A DNA stretch of 57,016 nucleotides from Acidimicrobiia bacterium (GTDB taxonomy: Bacteria > Actinomycetota > Acidimicrobiia > Spongiisociales > UBA5794), in assembly GCA_030064765.1 (NCBI GenBank), contig JASJEG010000002.1, positions 1 to 57,016 of the forward strand, in the 5' to 3' direction. A program made the translations under genes and the position numbers. Below, piece by piece: positions 22,701-31,399 of the stretch. The notes below the pieces were generated by a model, which saw nothing but the letters and a program-made list of their open reading frames with translations, had not been told where the DNA came from and did not search any database. The stretch's first letter is position 1. Each line of letters begins with the position of its first letter.

Positions 22701-25700
22701 ATGCAGTACCGGGTATTGGGCAAGTTTGAGGTAGGCCGGGATGGGGTGGGGGTCGACGTCGGCACGTACCGGCAGAAGTCGTTGCTGGCGTATCTGCTGA
22801 CTACACCGAACAAGATCGTCTCCACAGACCAGATCATCGACGCGCTATGGGGCGAGGAAGCGGGGGCGGACAAGCAGAACGCGCTGTGGGTCCACATCTC
22901 AGCAGTACGCAAAGCGCTGGAGCCGGCGCGGGAGAAACGCTCCGAGGGGACGATTCTGCTCACCCGGGCGCCCGGCTATCTGCTGCAGGTCGATCCGCAG
23001 GATGTGGACGCCCTGCAGTTCGAACAGATGGCTGCGGAGGGTCGGGCGCTCGCCGACACCGACCCCGCGGCGGCCTCCCTCGTGCTCAGTGAGGCACTGG
23101 CCCTGTGGCGGGGACACGCCTACGAGGAGTTCATGTACGAGGCGTTCGCCTCGGCCGAGATCGCTCGGTTGGAGGAGTTGCGGTTGGAGACAGTCGAGGC
23201 CCGCATCGACGCAGATCTGCGGCGGGGCATGTCGGGCGAGTTGGTGTCAGAGCTGGAGAGCCTGATCCGGCAGTATCCGCTTCGGGAACGGTTCACCGGT
23301 CAAGCGATGCTTGCCCTGTACCGGTCGGGCCGGCAGGCTGAAGCTCTCCGGCAGTACCAGTTCCTCAAGTCCCGGCTGGGTGAGGAGCTGGGCATCGAGC
23401 CGTCATCGCAGATCCGCAAGCTCGAAGAACAGATAGTCACCGGGGACCCAGCGCTCGAGCCGGCAACCACCCTCGCGGTAGCGGGCACAGGACCACAGCC
23501 GGGTCTGGCCGTGCGTGGCTATGAGCTGCGGGACAAACTGGGCGAGGGCGGCTACGGGTTGGTCTATCGGGCCTACCAGCCGACGGTAGGACGCGAGGTC
23601 GCCATCAAGGTGATCCGCCCAGAGTTGGCCAACGACCCCGCCTTCATTCGTCGGTTCGAGGCCGAAGCACAGCTTGTCGCACGGTTGGAGCATCCTCACA
23701 TCGTCCCGCTGTACGACTACTGGCGGGAGCCGGATGCCGCCTACCTGGTCATGCGGCTCATGGGCCGCGGCAGCCTGAGCGACGTCATCGACTCGACCGC
23801 GCTCAGTCCGGAACGGGCAGCAAAGGTCATCCAGCAGATTGCGGGCGCGCTGCACGCTGCCCATCGCAGTGGCGTAGCTCACGGCGACATCAAGCCGCAG
23901 AACATCCTGATCGACAGCGCCGGCAACGCGTTCCTCGGTGACTTTGCGATCGCGCTTGGCGCCGGTGACGGAAAGCCCGGGCGGGTCCTGGATACCCCCT
24001 ACGCCTCGCCCGAGCAGCTGGCGACCAACGAGGCTTCGCCCGCCGGCGACATCTACAGCTTCGCAGTGGCGATAGCTCAGGCACTCACCGGTCTCCGGGG
24101 CGAACCAGCTCAAGTGCTGGGTGCGTTGCCAGGAGCGGTGGCACGAGTCGTCGACAAAGCCACGGATCCGGATCCGGCGGCGAGATACGCCGACATCGAG
24201 GCGTTTGCGCAAGACGCCATTGGCGAACTGGCTGGCGGCGAGGAAGTGCCCGAGCCGGTGGAGCTAGGCGAGGTGGAGAACCCGTACATGGGTCTGCGTC
24301 CCTTTGATCAAACGGACTCGGCGCTGTTCTTCGGCCGCGACCGGCTCGTCACCCGACTGGTGACCCGGCTGGGAGAGCAAGGTCAGCGCAGCCGTATGGT
24401 TGCGGTGGTCGGTCCGAGTGGCAGCGGCAAATCGAGCGTGGTGAAGGCCGGGCTGCTCCCGGCGCTGCGCCAGGGAGCTCTTCCCGGTTCCGATCAGTGG
24501 TTCACGGTTGACATGACGCCGGCACCTCATCCGTTCGAGGAACTCGAGAGCGCACTGACTCGGGTTGCAGTCGATCCGCCACCAACCATGCTCGAACAGC
24601 TTGCCGCCAGCGAGTCCGGGCTGCGTCGGGTCGTCCGCCAGGTGCTGCCCGAGGGATCACAGCTGCTGCTGGTGGTCGATCAGTTTGAAGAGCTCTTTAC
24701 CCAGGTGGGAGAAGACACTGCGGATCGATTCATCGACACGCTCGTGGATACCGTGCGAGATGCTCACAGCAATGTCCGCATCATCATCACGCTGCGCGCC
24801 GACTTCTACGACCGGCCGCTGCGGCATCGGGGTCTGGGGGAGTTGCTGCGGGAGGGCACCGAGGTCATCACACCCATGTCCCCAGAGGAGCTGGAGCAGG
24901 CCATTGCTCGGCCTGCCGCCATGGTGGGTGTTGCGTTCGAACCCTCATTGGTTGCCCAGCTCGTGGCCGACGTGGTTGACCGGCCGGGAGCCCTGCCTCT
25001 GCTGCAATTTACGCTCACCGACCTGTTTGACAACCGCAGCTCGGCGACCATTCCCCTTACCGACTATGAAGCAGTTGGGGGTGTTTCCGGGGCGCTCGTC
25101 TCTCGGGCCGATGGCCTGCTGGCCGGCCTCAGCCCCAACTCCCAGGACGCCGCTCACCAGGTCTTCCTACGACTGGTGACACTGGGCGAAGGCAGCGAGG
25201 ACACCCGACGGCGTGTTCTCGAGGCCGAGCTGCGGCAGCTTTCCGTAGAAAGCAGAGACCTCGACCAGATCCTCGAAGTCTTCGGACGCCACCGGCTGCT
25301 CAGCTTTGATCGTGATCCGATCACCCGGGGACCGACCGTTGAGATCTCGCACGAGGCGCTGCTGACCCAGTGGAAACGCCTCCGTGACTGGATCGACGAA
25401 GCCCGCCACGACGTCGGCAATCAGCGCCGGCTGGCGCAGGCCATGAACGAATGGACCGCAGCCGGCCAGGCCACCGACTACCTGCTGCGGGGCGGTCAGC
25501 TCGATCAGCTCTCCGGCTGGGCGGCGGTGACTTCGCTGCCCTTGAGCGGTCCCGAGGCGAGCTTTCTGGAGTCGAGCCTGGCAGAGCGGGAACGAACCCA
25601 ACGGGAGCAGCGTGAGCAGGAGGAACGCACAACCGAGGCCGAGCGGTCGGCGCGGCAGCGACTGCGCCTGCTCAGCGTCGTCGGCATTGCTGCCGTTGTC

Positions 25701-27578
25701 GTTGCGGTGCTGGCGGTGTTTGCGTTCGTGCAGCGGCAGACGGCTCGGGATTCGGAGGCTGACGCGGTGGCTGCGCAGGCAGAGACGCAGGAGGCTCTAG
25801 ATCGCGCGGTTGTGGCTGAGTCCAAGGCCCTGGCTGCAGAAGCCGTTGTTGAGCGGTCGCGACGTTCCTTGGAACTGGCGAGCGAGGCAAACCGGATGTT
25901 GGATGAGGATCCTGAGCTATCTCTGCTGTTGGCAATTGAGGCGGCACGAGTGACTGTTGAAGACGGGTTTGTCAAGCAGCAGGCCGTCGACGCCCTCCAC
26001 TGGGCGATTCAGAAGAACGCCGTCATCTATCCGGTAGACAACGACGCGCCAGTTGCCGTGCGATCTGGCCCGCTCGGCGTCAGAGGCGTATATGCGATTC
26101 CACCTGCCGAACTTGCAGCGCTTGCGGCAAGCGCCACAGACCGAGCCTTCTCCGAGGGTGAGTGCGCCCAGCTCTTCCCAGGGGAGCCTTGCCCGGATCC
26201 CAGCGTTGCGTTGCCGAACGGACTTACCATCGATGTTGGCGACGAGTCTTACGGTGTCCGGGCGAATGGTCCCGGTGCGCTGGCCGGCACACAGGTCGAG
26301 TTCGTGACGGTTCAGGACATCAGCGTGCTCTACGAGGAATGGAACCGCTTCTGGGGCGATACTGGCATATACGTCTCACACTTGAGTACCGATCCCAGCG
26401 GAGAGATTGGGCGGCGCCAGAGCGAGGGATTCCCGGTTCCGGACGTGGCGCAACTTGCGCAACCAGGCGCCGTTACCGAGTTTGGGCAGGCGGGCCTTGG
26501 ACTCGACCTCTCGTTACTGCTCGAGGAGACGCGGCTAGAGGAGGATTTTGGTCCTTCCCTGATGGAACAGGTGACCGTCACTAGCGATGCCACCCCGTCG
26601 GATGCCGTGTATGGAATACCTCTGCAGGTCAATCTGAAGGGTCTGGTGTTCTATCCGAAGGCGGCCTTTGCAGCGGCGGGCTACGAGCTTCCCGCAACTT
26701 GGGACGAGCTCATGGCGCTATCGCGCCAGATGGTGGCAGATGGCCGCAGCCCGTGGTGTATGGGGTTTGAGTCGGTAGGGCCGCATGGATGGCCCGGCAC
26801 CGATTGGATCGAGAGCCTCGTCATTCGGGAAGCTGGACCGGAGTTCTACGACGATTGGGCGACGCACAGGGTCCCCTTCGATAGCGAAGTCGTGCGATCT
26901 GCTGCGGCCCTGTTTGATGAGTTGGTGTCCACGCCCGGGTTTGTCTGGTTGGGCAAGGAGAAGATCAGCCAGCTCAATGTGTTCTTCGCTCTCATACCGG
27001 AACTCGAGAGAGACGAGCCTGCTTGTTGGCTGTTCCACCAGGGCGACTTCGCGACCGGGTTCCTCAGCGCAGCGACGGAGCTTGGCCGGGACGTTGATTT
27101 CTTCGTGCTGCCACCGATCGATCCGTCCCGACCCACTCCGATTCTCGGGGGTGGTACCTATGCCAGCGCCCTCTCTGATCGACCGGAGGTCCGGGTCTTC
27201 TTGGAGCATCTGGCCTCACCTGAATGGGGCGAATTCCTAGCCAGCCAGCAGGGGTCCGGCTTCATCTCGCCCAACGCCCGCTTTGATACGGATCACTACG
27301 GCGCAGAGGCTAAGGAATCGGAGCGTTCGGTCCGGAGCTATATCGGCCTCGCCACTCGAGATGCGATCGCAGCTGGCGCGTGGCGCTATGACGCCTCCGA
27401 TCTGATGCCGGTAGAGATCGGTCATTACACTGCGGACGGACTGGGAGCCTTCCTACAGGGCATGATGGACTACGTCGACGGTGTGCGCACCATGGACCAG
27501 GTCCTCGCCGATATCGAAGCTGCCTGGGTCGCACTCGAGCAAGAGGAGACCGAGGTCGAGGACGACGACGGGACCTAG
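22701..27578 (+). CDS. Giant membrane-spanning regulator, paralog 3 (same five-module architecture, most divergent sensor domain)
   Basis: 1,625 aa with the same motif order (HGDIKPQN, GDFAIA, GPSGSGKSS, LLLVVDQFEELF). TM 25668-25730. The SBP-like C-terminus (KGLVFYPKAAFAAAGY, SPWCMGFES, GWPGTDWIESL) has a strongly diverged N-lobe. Confidence 0.9.
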   Translation: MQYRVLGKFEVGRDGVGVDVGTYRQKSLLAYLLTTPNKIVSTDQIIDALWGEEAGADKQNALWVHISAVRKALEPAREKRSEGTILLTRAPGYLLQVDPQDVDALQFEQMAAEGRALADTDPAAASLVLSEALALWRGHAYEEFMYEAFASAEIARLEELRLETVEARIDADLRRGMSGELVSELESLIRQYPLRERFTGQAMLALYRSGRQAEALRQYQFLKSRLGEELGIEPSSQIRKLEEQIVTGDPALEPATTLAVAGTGPQPGLAVRGYELRDKLGEGGYGLVYRAYQPTVGREVAIKVIRPELANDPAFIRRFEAEAQLVARLEHPHIVPLYDYWREPDAAYLVMRLMGRGSLSDVIDSTALSPERAAKVIQQIAGALHAAHRSGVAHGDIKPQNILIDSAGNAFLGDFAIALGAGDGKPGRVLDTPYASPEQLATNEASPAGDIYSFAVAIAQALTGLRGEPAQVLGALPGAVARVVDKATDPDPAARYADIEAFAQDAIGELAGGEEVPEPVELGEVENPYMGLRPFDQTDSALFFGRDRLVTRLVTRLGEQGQRSRMVAVVGPSGSGKSSVVKAGLLPALRQGALPGSDQWFTVDMTPAPHPFEELESALTRVAVDPPPTMLEQLAASESGLRRVVRQVLPEGSQLLLVVDQFEELFTQVGEDTADRFIDTLVDTVRDAHSNVRIIITLRADFYDRPLRHRGLGELLREGTEVITPMSPEELEQAIARPAAMVGVAFEPSLVAQLVADVVDRPGALPLLQFTLTDLFDNRSSATIPLTDYEAVGGVSGALVSRADGLLAGLSPNSQDAAHQVFLRLVTLGEGSEDTRRRVLEAELRQLSVESRDLDQILEVFGRHRLLSFDRDPITRGPTVEISHEALLTQWKRLRDWIDEARHDVGNQRRLAQAMNEWTAAGQATDYLLRGGQLDQLSGWAAVTSLPLSGPEASFLESSLAERERTQREQREQEERTTEAERSARQRLRLLSVVGIAAVVVAVLAVFAFVQRQTARDSEADAVAAQAETQEALDRAVVAESKALAAEAVVERSRRSLELASEANRMLDEDPELSLLLAIEAARVTVEDGFVKQQAVDALHWAIQKNAVIYPVDNDAPVAVRSGPLGVRGVYAIPPAELAALAASATDRAFSEGECAQLFPGEPCPDPSVALPNGLTIDVGDESYGVRANGPGALAGTQVEFVTVQDISVLYEEWNRFWGDTGIYVSHLSTDPSGEIGRRQSEGFPVPDVAQLAQPGAVTEFGQAGLGLDLSLLLEETRLEEDFGPSLMEQVTVTSDATPSDAVYGIPLQVNLKGLVFYPKAAFAAAGYELPATWDELMALSRQMVADGRSPWCMGFESVGPHGWPGTDWIESLVIREAGPEFYDDWATHRVPFDSEVVRSAAALFDELVSTPGFVWLGKEKISQLNVFFALIPELERDEPACWLFHQGDFATGFLSAATELGRDVDFFVLPPIDPSRPTPILGGGTYASALSDRPEVRVFLEHLASPEWGEFLASQQGSGFISPNARFDTDHYGAEAKESERSVRSYIGLATRDAIAAGAWRYDASDLMPVEIGHYTADGLGAFLQGMMDYVDGVRTMDQVLADIEAAWVALEQEETEVEDDDGT
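25668..25730 (+). other. Predicted single transmembrane helix of paralog 3
   Basis: LLSVVGIAAVVVAVLAVFAFV, flanked by RSARQRLR and QRQTARDSEAD. Confidence 0.75.
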
Positions 27579-27588
27579 GTGTTCTGGC

Positions 27589-27650
27589 CTTGCCCATTCC
27601 GGCGTAACTGGCGGCATATATGAGCCGCCAGTTACGCAAGAACCGATGGG
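27589..27650 (+). repeat. Palindromic intergenic repeat, copy C
   Basis: cttgcccattccgGCGTAACTGGCGGCatatatgaGCCGCCAGTTACGCAAGAACCGATGGG. Perfect 14-bp stem (27602-15 / 27624-37), 11 nt after the paralog 3 stop. Confidence 0.85.
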
Positions 27651-27727
27651 ACGGTCGCCGAACGGCTTGAGGTGTCGGGTCGATGGCCCCTCGCCGCCAA
27701 CCGGTGGCGGCGGTACGGTTGGCCCTC

Positions 27728-29989
27728 ATGGGCGAGCAAGGTGTTGTTAGACAGCGGCTGCGGGTGACCGGGGTCGTCCAGGGTGTGGGGTTTCGCCCCG
27801 CCGTGTACCAGCTAGCGACCGCCCTCGACCTTGGCGGGTTTGTCGGCAACGACAGTGCCGGGGTGTTCATTGAGCTCGAGGGCGAGCAGAGCGCCATCGA
27901 CGAGTTCGTCCTCAAGCTGCAGGCCGACCCGCCCCCGCTGGCCCACATCGACTCGGTCCAGCGCACCGACCTCGAACCCTGTGGCGATGGTGAGTTCGTC
28001 ATCGTCGAAAGCAAGAAGCAGGACGACGCCACCACCCTCGTTTCGCCCGATCTCGAGGTGTGTACCGACTGCTTGGCCGAGATGAACGATCCCGCCGACC
28101 GCCGCTACCGCTACCCCTTCATCAACTGCACCAACTGCGGGCCGCGCTTCACCATCACCCGGGAGACCCCATACGACCGGCCGCTTACCACCATGGCGTC
28201 ATTCGTCATGTGCGACCTGTGTCAGGCCGAGTACGAGGACCCGGGCAACCGGCGTTTCCACGCCCAGCCCAACGCTTGCCCCGACTGCGGTCCCCACCTC
28301 TGGCTGGAGCGGGAGAATCGCGAACCGGTCGAAGACGTGATAGGCGAGACCCGCCGTCGGGTCGCCGCCGGCGAGATCGTTGCCATCAAGGGGATCGGCG
28401 GTTTCCACCTCGCCTGCGATGCCCGCAACGCGGATGCCGTCGCCACCCTGCGGGAGCGCAAGCACCGCACTGCCAAGCCCTTTGCGGTGATGGCCGCCGA
28501 CTTGGCGACGACTGAAGCCATTGCCGATCTCGACGATGCCGAGGGAGCCCTGCTGGAGTCGCCGCAGCGTCCGATCGTTCTCGCTACCGAATCATCCGGC
28601 AGCGATCTGGTGGACGGGATCGCCCCCGGCAACAACCGCATCGGCGTCATGTTGCCCTACACCCCGCTCCATCACCTGCTGCTAGAACCTGGCGACGTGT
28701 GGGTGATGACCTCCGCCAACTACGCCTCAGAACCCATCGTCAAGGACAACGAGGAAGCCCGCAGCAAGCTTGGAGAACTCGCCGACACGCTGCTGCTGCA
28801 CGACCGGGGAATCCACGTCCACTGCGATGACTCGGTGGTTCGGATCGCTGCCGGTGCCGAGCTGCCCATCCGGCGCAGTCGTGGCTTCGCCCCCTTCCCA
28901 GTGCGGCTTCCCAATCCGGTGCCGCCGACCCTCGCAGTCGGCGGTGAGCTCAAAGCCACTTTCTGCCTCGCCGACGGCGAGAACGCCTTCATGAGCCAGC
29001 ACATCGGCGACATGGAGAACCTGGAGACCCTGGAGGCCTTCACCGCCGCCGTCGACCACATGACTGGGCTGTTCCGCATCGAGCCGGAGGTGATAGTCGC
29101 CGACCTCCATCCCCGCTACCTCTCCACGCGCTGGGCTGAGGATCAATTCCCAGACCGGGTCGTCCACGTGCAGCACCACCACGCCCACATCGCATCGGTG
29201 ATGGCCGAGAACGCCCACACCGAACCGGTGATCGGGTTCAGCTTCGACGGCACCGGCTATGGGATCGACGGCACCATTTGGGGCGGCGAGATCCTGGTGG
29301 GCAACCTCGACGGATTCTTCCGCGCCGGGCATCTCGGGGTCGCCCAACTCGTGGGTGGCGACGCGGCCGTGAAACGGCCCTACCGGATGGCCCTCAGCCA
29401 TCTCCACGCCGCCGGGATCGACTGGGATCCTGGCATCCCGGCCGTCGCCCGTGCCAGCACCGAAGAGCAGCGCATCATCCGCCAGCAGCTGGATACCGGG
29501 CTCAACTCCATCGAAACCACCAGCATCGGTCGGCTGTTCGACGCGGTGGCCTCGCTGGCTGGGGTCCGCCATAAGATCAGCTACGAGGGTCAAGCCGCCA
29601 TCGAACTGGAGGCGCTCGGAGTGCCCGACGCTGACGGGTCGTACCACTTCGAGCTTGTGGATAGCGACGAAGCGCTGGTACTCGACCCCACGCCGGTGAT
29701 CAACGCAGTTGCGGCCGATGCGCTGGCCGGAATCCCCGCTGCCGTCGTCAGCACCAGATTCCACCGAGCGCTGGCAGATGCTGTAGTGGCGTCGGCTCAG
29801 GAAATGCGGCGGCGGTACCATATCGACACCGCAGCGCTGAGCGGCGGCGTTTTCCAGAACGTCACGCTGCTCGAAGCCGCAACACAGGGTTTGGAAGAGT
29901 CGGAATTCGCAGTCTTGACCCACCGTTTGGTCCCGCCAAACGACGGCGGTCTCGCACTCGGCCAGGTAGCCCTGGCAGGACGGAGGTAG
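27728..29989 (+). CDS. hypF: [NiFe]-hydrogenase maturation carbamoyltransferase HypF
   Basis: Acylphosphatase N-terminus (RLRVTGVVQGVGFRPAVYQLA). Two Zn-finger pairs (CTDCLAEMNDPADRRYRYPFINCTNCGPRFT and CDLCQAEYEDPGNRRFHAQPNACPDCGP). YrdC-like (IVAIKGIGGFHLACDA) and Kae1-like C-terminal domains. The start is ATG 27728 or upstream ATG 27683. Confidence 0.9.
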   Translation: MGEQGVVRQRLRVTGVVQGVGFRPAVYQLATALDLGGFVGNDSAGVFIELEGEQSAIDEFVLKLQADPPPLAHIDSVQRTDLEPCGDGEFVIVESKKQDDATTLVSPDLEVCTDCLAEMNDPADRRYRYPFINCTNCGPRFTITRETPYDRPLTTMASFVMCDLCQAEYEDPGNRRFHAQPNACPDCGPHLWLERENREPVEDVIGETRRRVAAGEIVAIKGIGGFHLACDARNADAVATLRERKHRTAKPFAVMAADLATTEAIADLDDAEGALLESPQRPIVLATESSGSDLVDGIAPGNNRIGVMLPYTPLHHLLLEPGDVWVMTSANYASEPIVKDNEEARSKLGELADTLLLHDRGIHVHCDDSVVRIAAGAELPIRRSRGFAPFPVRLPNPVPPTLAVGGELKATFCLADGENAFMSQHIGDMENLETLEAFTAAVDHMTGLFRIEPEVIVADLHPRYLSTRWAEDQFPDRVVHVQHHHAHIASVMAENAHTEPVIGFSFDGTGYGIDGTIWGGEILVGNLDGFFRAGHLGVAQLVGGDAAVKRPYRMALSHLHAAGIDWDPGIPAVARASTEEQRIIRQQLDTGLNSIETTSIGRLFDAVASLAGVRHKISYEGQAAIELEALGVPDADGSYHFELVDSDEALVLDPTPVINAVAADALAGIPAAVVSTRFHRALADAVVASAQEMRRRYHIDTAALSGGVFQNVTLLEAATQGLEESEFAVLTHRLVPPNDGGLALGQVALAGRR

Positions 29990-29996
29990 AACAGAT

Positions 29997-30293
29997 ATGT
30001 GTCTTGGGATTCCCGGCAAAGTGGTCGAGGTGTACGACCTCGACGGAGCCCGCATGGGCAAGGTGGACTTCGACGGGATCGTCAAGGAGATATGTCTCTC
30101 GTTCGTGCCGGAAGCTGAGGTGGGTGACTACACCATCGTCCATGTCGGGTTCGGAATCACCAAGGTCGACGAGGAATCCGCTCACGAAACGCTTGCCCTC
30201 ATGAAAGAAATGGGGGTGCTCGAGGCCGAGCTCGACGCCTCCGTAGCGCTCGCCGAGGAGGAGGCCATCGCCAAGGGCGATGATCGGGCGTGA
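29997..30293 (+). CDS. hypC: Hydrogenase assembly chaperone HypC/HupF
   Basis: N-terminal [12 protein letters not shown] with the essential Cys2. 98 aa. It overlaps the hypD start by 4 nt. Confidence 0.9.
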   Translation: MCLGIPGKVVEVYDLDGARMGKVDFDGIVKEICLSFVPEAEVGDYTIVHVGFGITKVDEESAHETLALMKEMGVLEAELDASVALAEEEAIAKGDDRA

Positions 30294-31399
30294 AATACCT
30301 CGACGAGTACCGGGATCCGGAGCTCGCCAGGAAGCTCTTCGATGAGATCGACCGCATCACGACCCGGCCCTGGGTGATGATGGAGGTGTGTGGCGGCCAG
30401 ACGCATTCGATCATCCGCAACGGCATCGACAAGCTGCTCACCGACAAGATCGAACTGGTACACGGCCCCGGTTGCCCAGTATGCGTCACCCCGCTCGACA
30501 CCATCGACAAGGCGCTGGCGATCGCAGCCCGCGATGACGTCGTCTTCTGCTCGTTTGGCGACATGCTGCGGGTGCCGGGGAGCACCCAGGACCTGTTTCA
30601 GGTGAAGGGCGAGGGCGGGGACGTTCGGGTCGTGTACTCACCGCTCGACGCCGTCAACATCGCCAAGGACAACCCCGACAAGCAGGTCGTCTTCTTTGGA
30701 ATCGGCTTCGAGACCACCGCCCCGGCCAACGCCATGTCCGTGTACCAGGCGAAGCAGCTCGGGCTCACCAACTTCTCCATGCTGGTGTCGCACGTGCTGG
30801 TGCCGCCCGCAATCCGGGCAGTGCTCAACTCGCCGGTGAACCGGGTACAGGCCTTCCTCGCCGCCGGTCACGTCTGCTCGGTCATGGGGTTCTCCGAGTA
30901 CGTCCCGATCGTTGAGGAGTACGAGGTGCCGATAGTGGTCACCGGGTTCGAGCCGCTGGACATTCTCGAGGGCATCCGTAGGACCGTTGCGCAGCTCGAG
31001 GCCGGCGAGGCCAAGGCCGAGAACGCCTATACCCGGGCGGTCAACTTTGAAGGCAACAAGCCGGCACAGAAACTGATCGCCGACGTATTCGAGACCACGG
31101 ACCGCAACTGGCGGGGGATTGGTCTCATTCCCGAAAGCGGCTGGGAGCTGTCGGGCCGCTACGCCGACTACGACGCTGCGAAGCGTTTCGAGGTGGCCGA
31201 TATCGATACCCAGGAACCTGAGATCTGCCGGTCGGGCGAGGTACTCCAAGGCCTGATCAAGCCAAACGAGTGCGAAGCGTTCGGCAAGGAGTGCACGCCG
31301 CGCAAGCCGCTCGGCGCCACCATGGTCTCCGCCGAGGGAGCTTGCGCCGCCTACTACACCTACGGCCGCTTCATCGAGATCGAAGGGGTCTCGGCATGA
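30290..31399 (+). CDS. hypD: Hydrogenase maturation Fe-S protein HypD
   Basis: [16 protein letters not shown]..., [19 protein letters not shown], and C-terminal Cys cluster ([25 protein letters not shown]). GTG start. Confidence 0.9.
   Translation: MKYLDEYRDPELARKLFDEIDRITTRPWVMMEVCGGQTHSIIRNGIDKLLTDKIELVHGPGCPVCVTPLDTIDKALAIAARDDVVFCSFGDMLRVPGSTQDLFQVKGEGGDVRVVYSPLDAVNIAKDNPDKQVVFFGIGFETTAPANAMSVYQAKQLGLTNFSMLVSHVLVPPAIRAVLNSPVNRVQAFLAAGHVCSVMGFSEYVPIVEEYEVPIVVTGFEPLDILEGIRRTVAQLEAGEAKAENAYTRAVNFEGNKPAQKLIADVFETTDRNWRGIGLIPESGWELSGRYADYDAAKRFEVADIDTQEPEICRSGEVLQGLIKPNECEAFGKECTPRKPLGATMVSAEGACAAYYTYGRFIEIEGVSA

Larger units (their letters stand above)
12386..27650 (+). repeat. Tandem triplication of a ~5.1-kb unit (box + giant gene + downstream palindrome)
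   Basis: Box positions are 12388/17523/22618 and start codons are 12473/17604/22701, giving unit lengths of about 5.13 and 5.10 kb. The three translations are collinear end to end. Confidence 0.9.

Noticed and set aside
12473-27578. Possibility that the STAND-NTPase trio is an Avs/antiphage-type defence system
   Set aside because: Defence STANDs pair a cytoplasmic C-terminal sensor with a destructive N-terminal effector such as a nuclease, protease or TIR domain. Here the N-terminus is a SARP transcription-activator module, and the C-terminal sensor is predicted to lie outside the membrane with disulfide-type Cys pairs. No phage or mobile-element genes are nearby. I kept it as a signalling system, though defence is not strictly excluded.
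28727-30085. 452-aa minus-strand ORF inside hypF/hypC, and similar ones at 31360-32382 and 30638-31453
   Set aside because: These are antisense to hypF, hypC, hypD and hypE, all of which carry unambiguous signatures. They are shadow ORFs.
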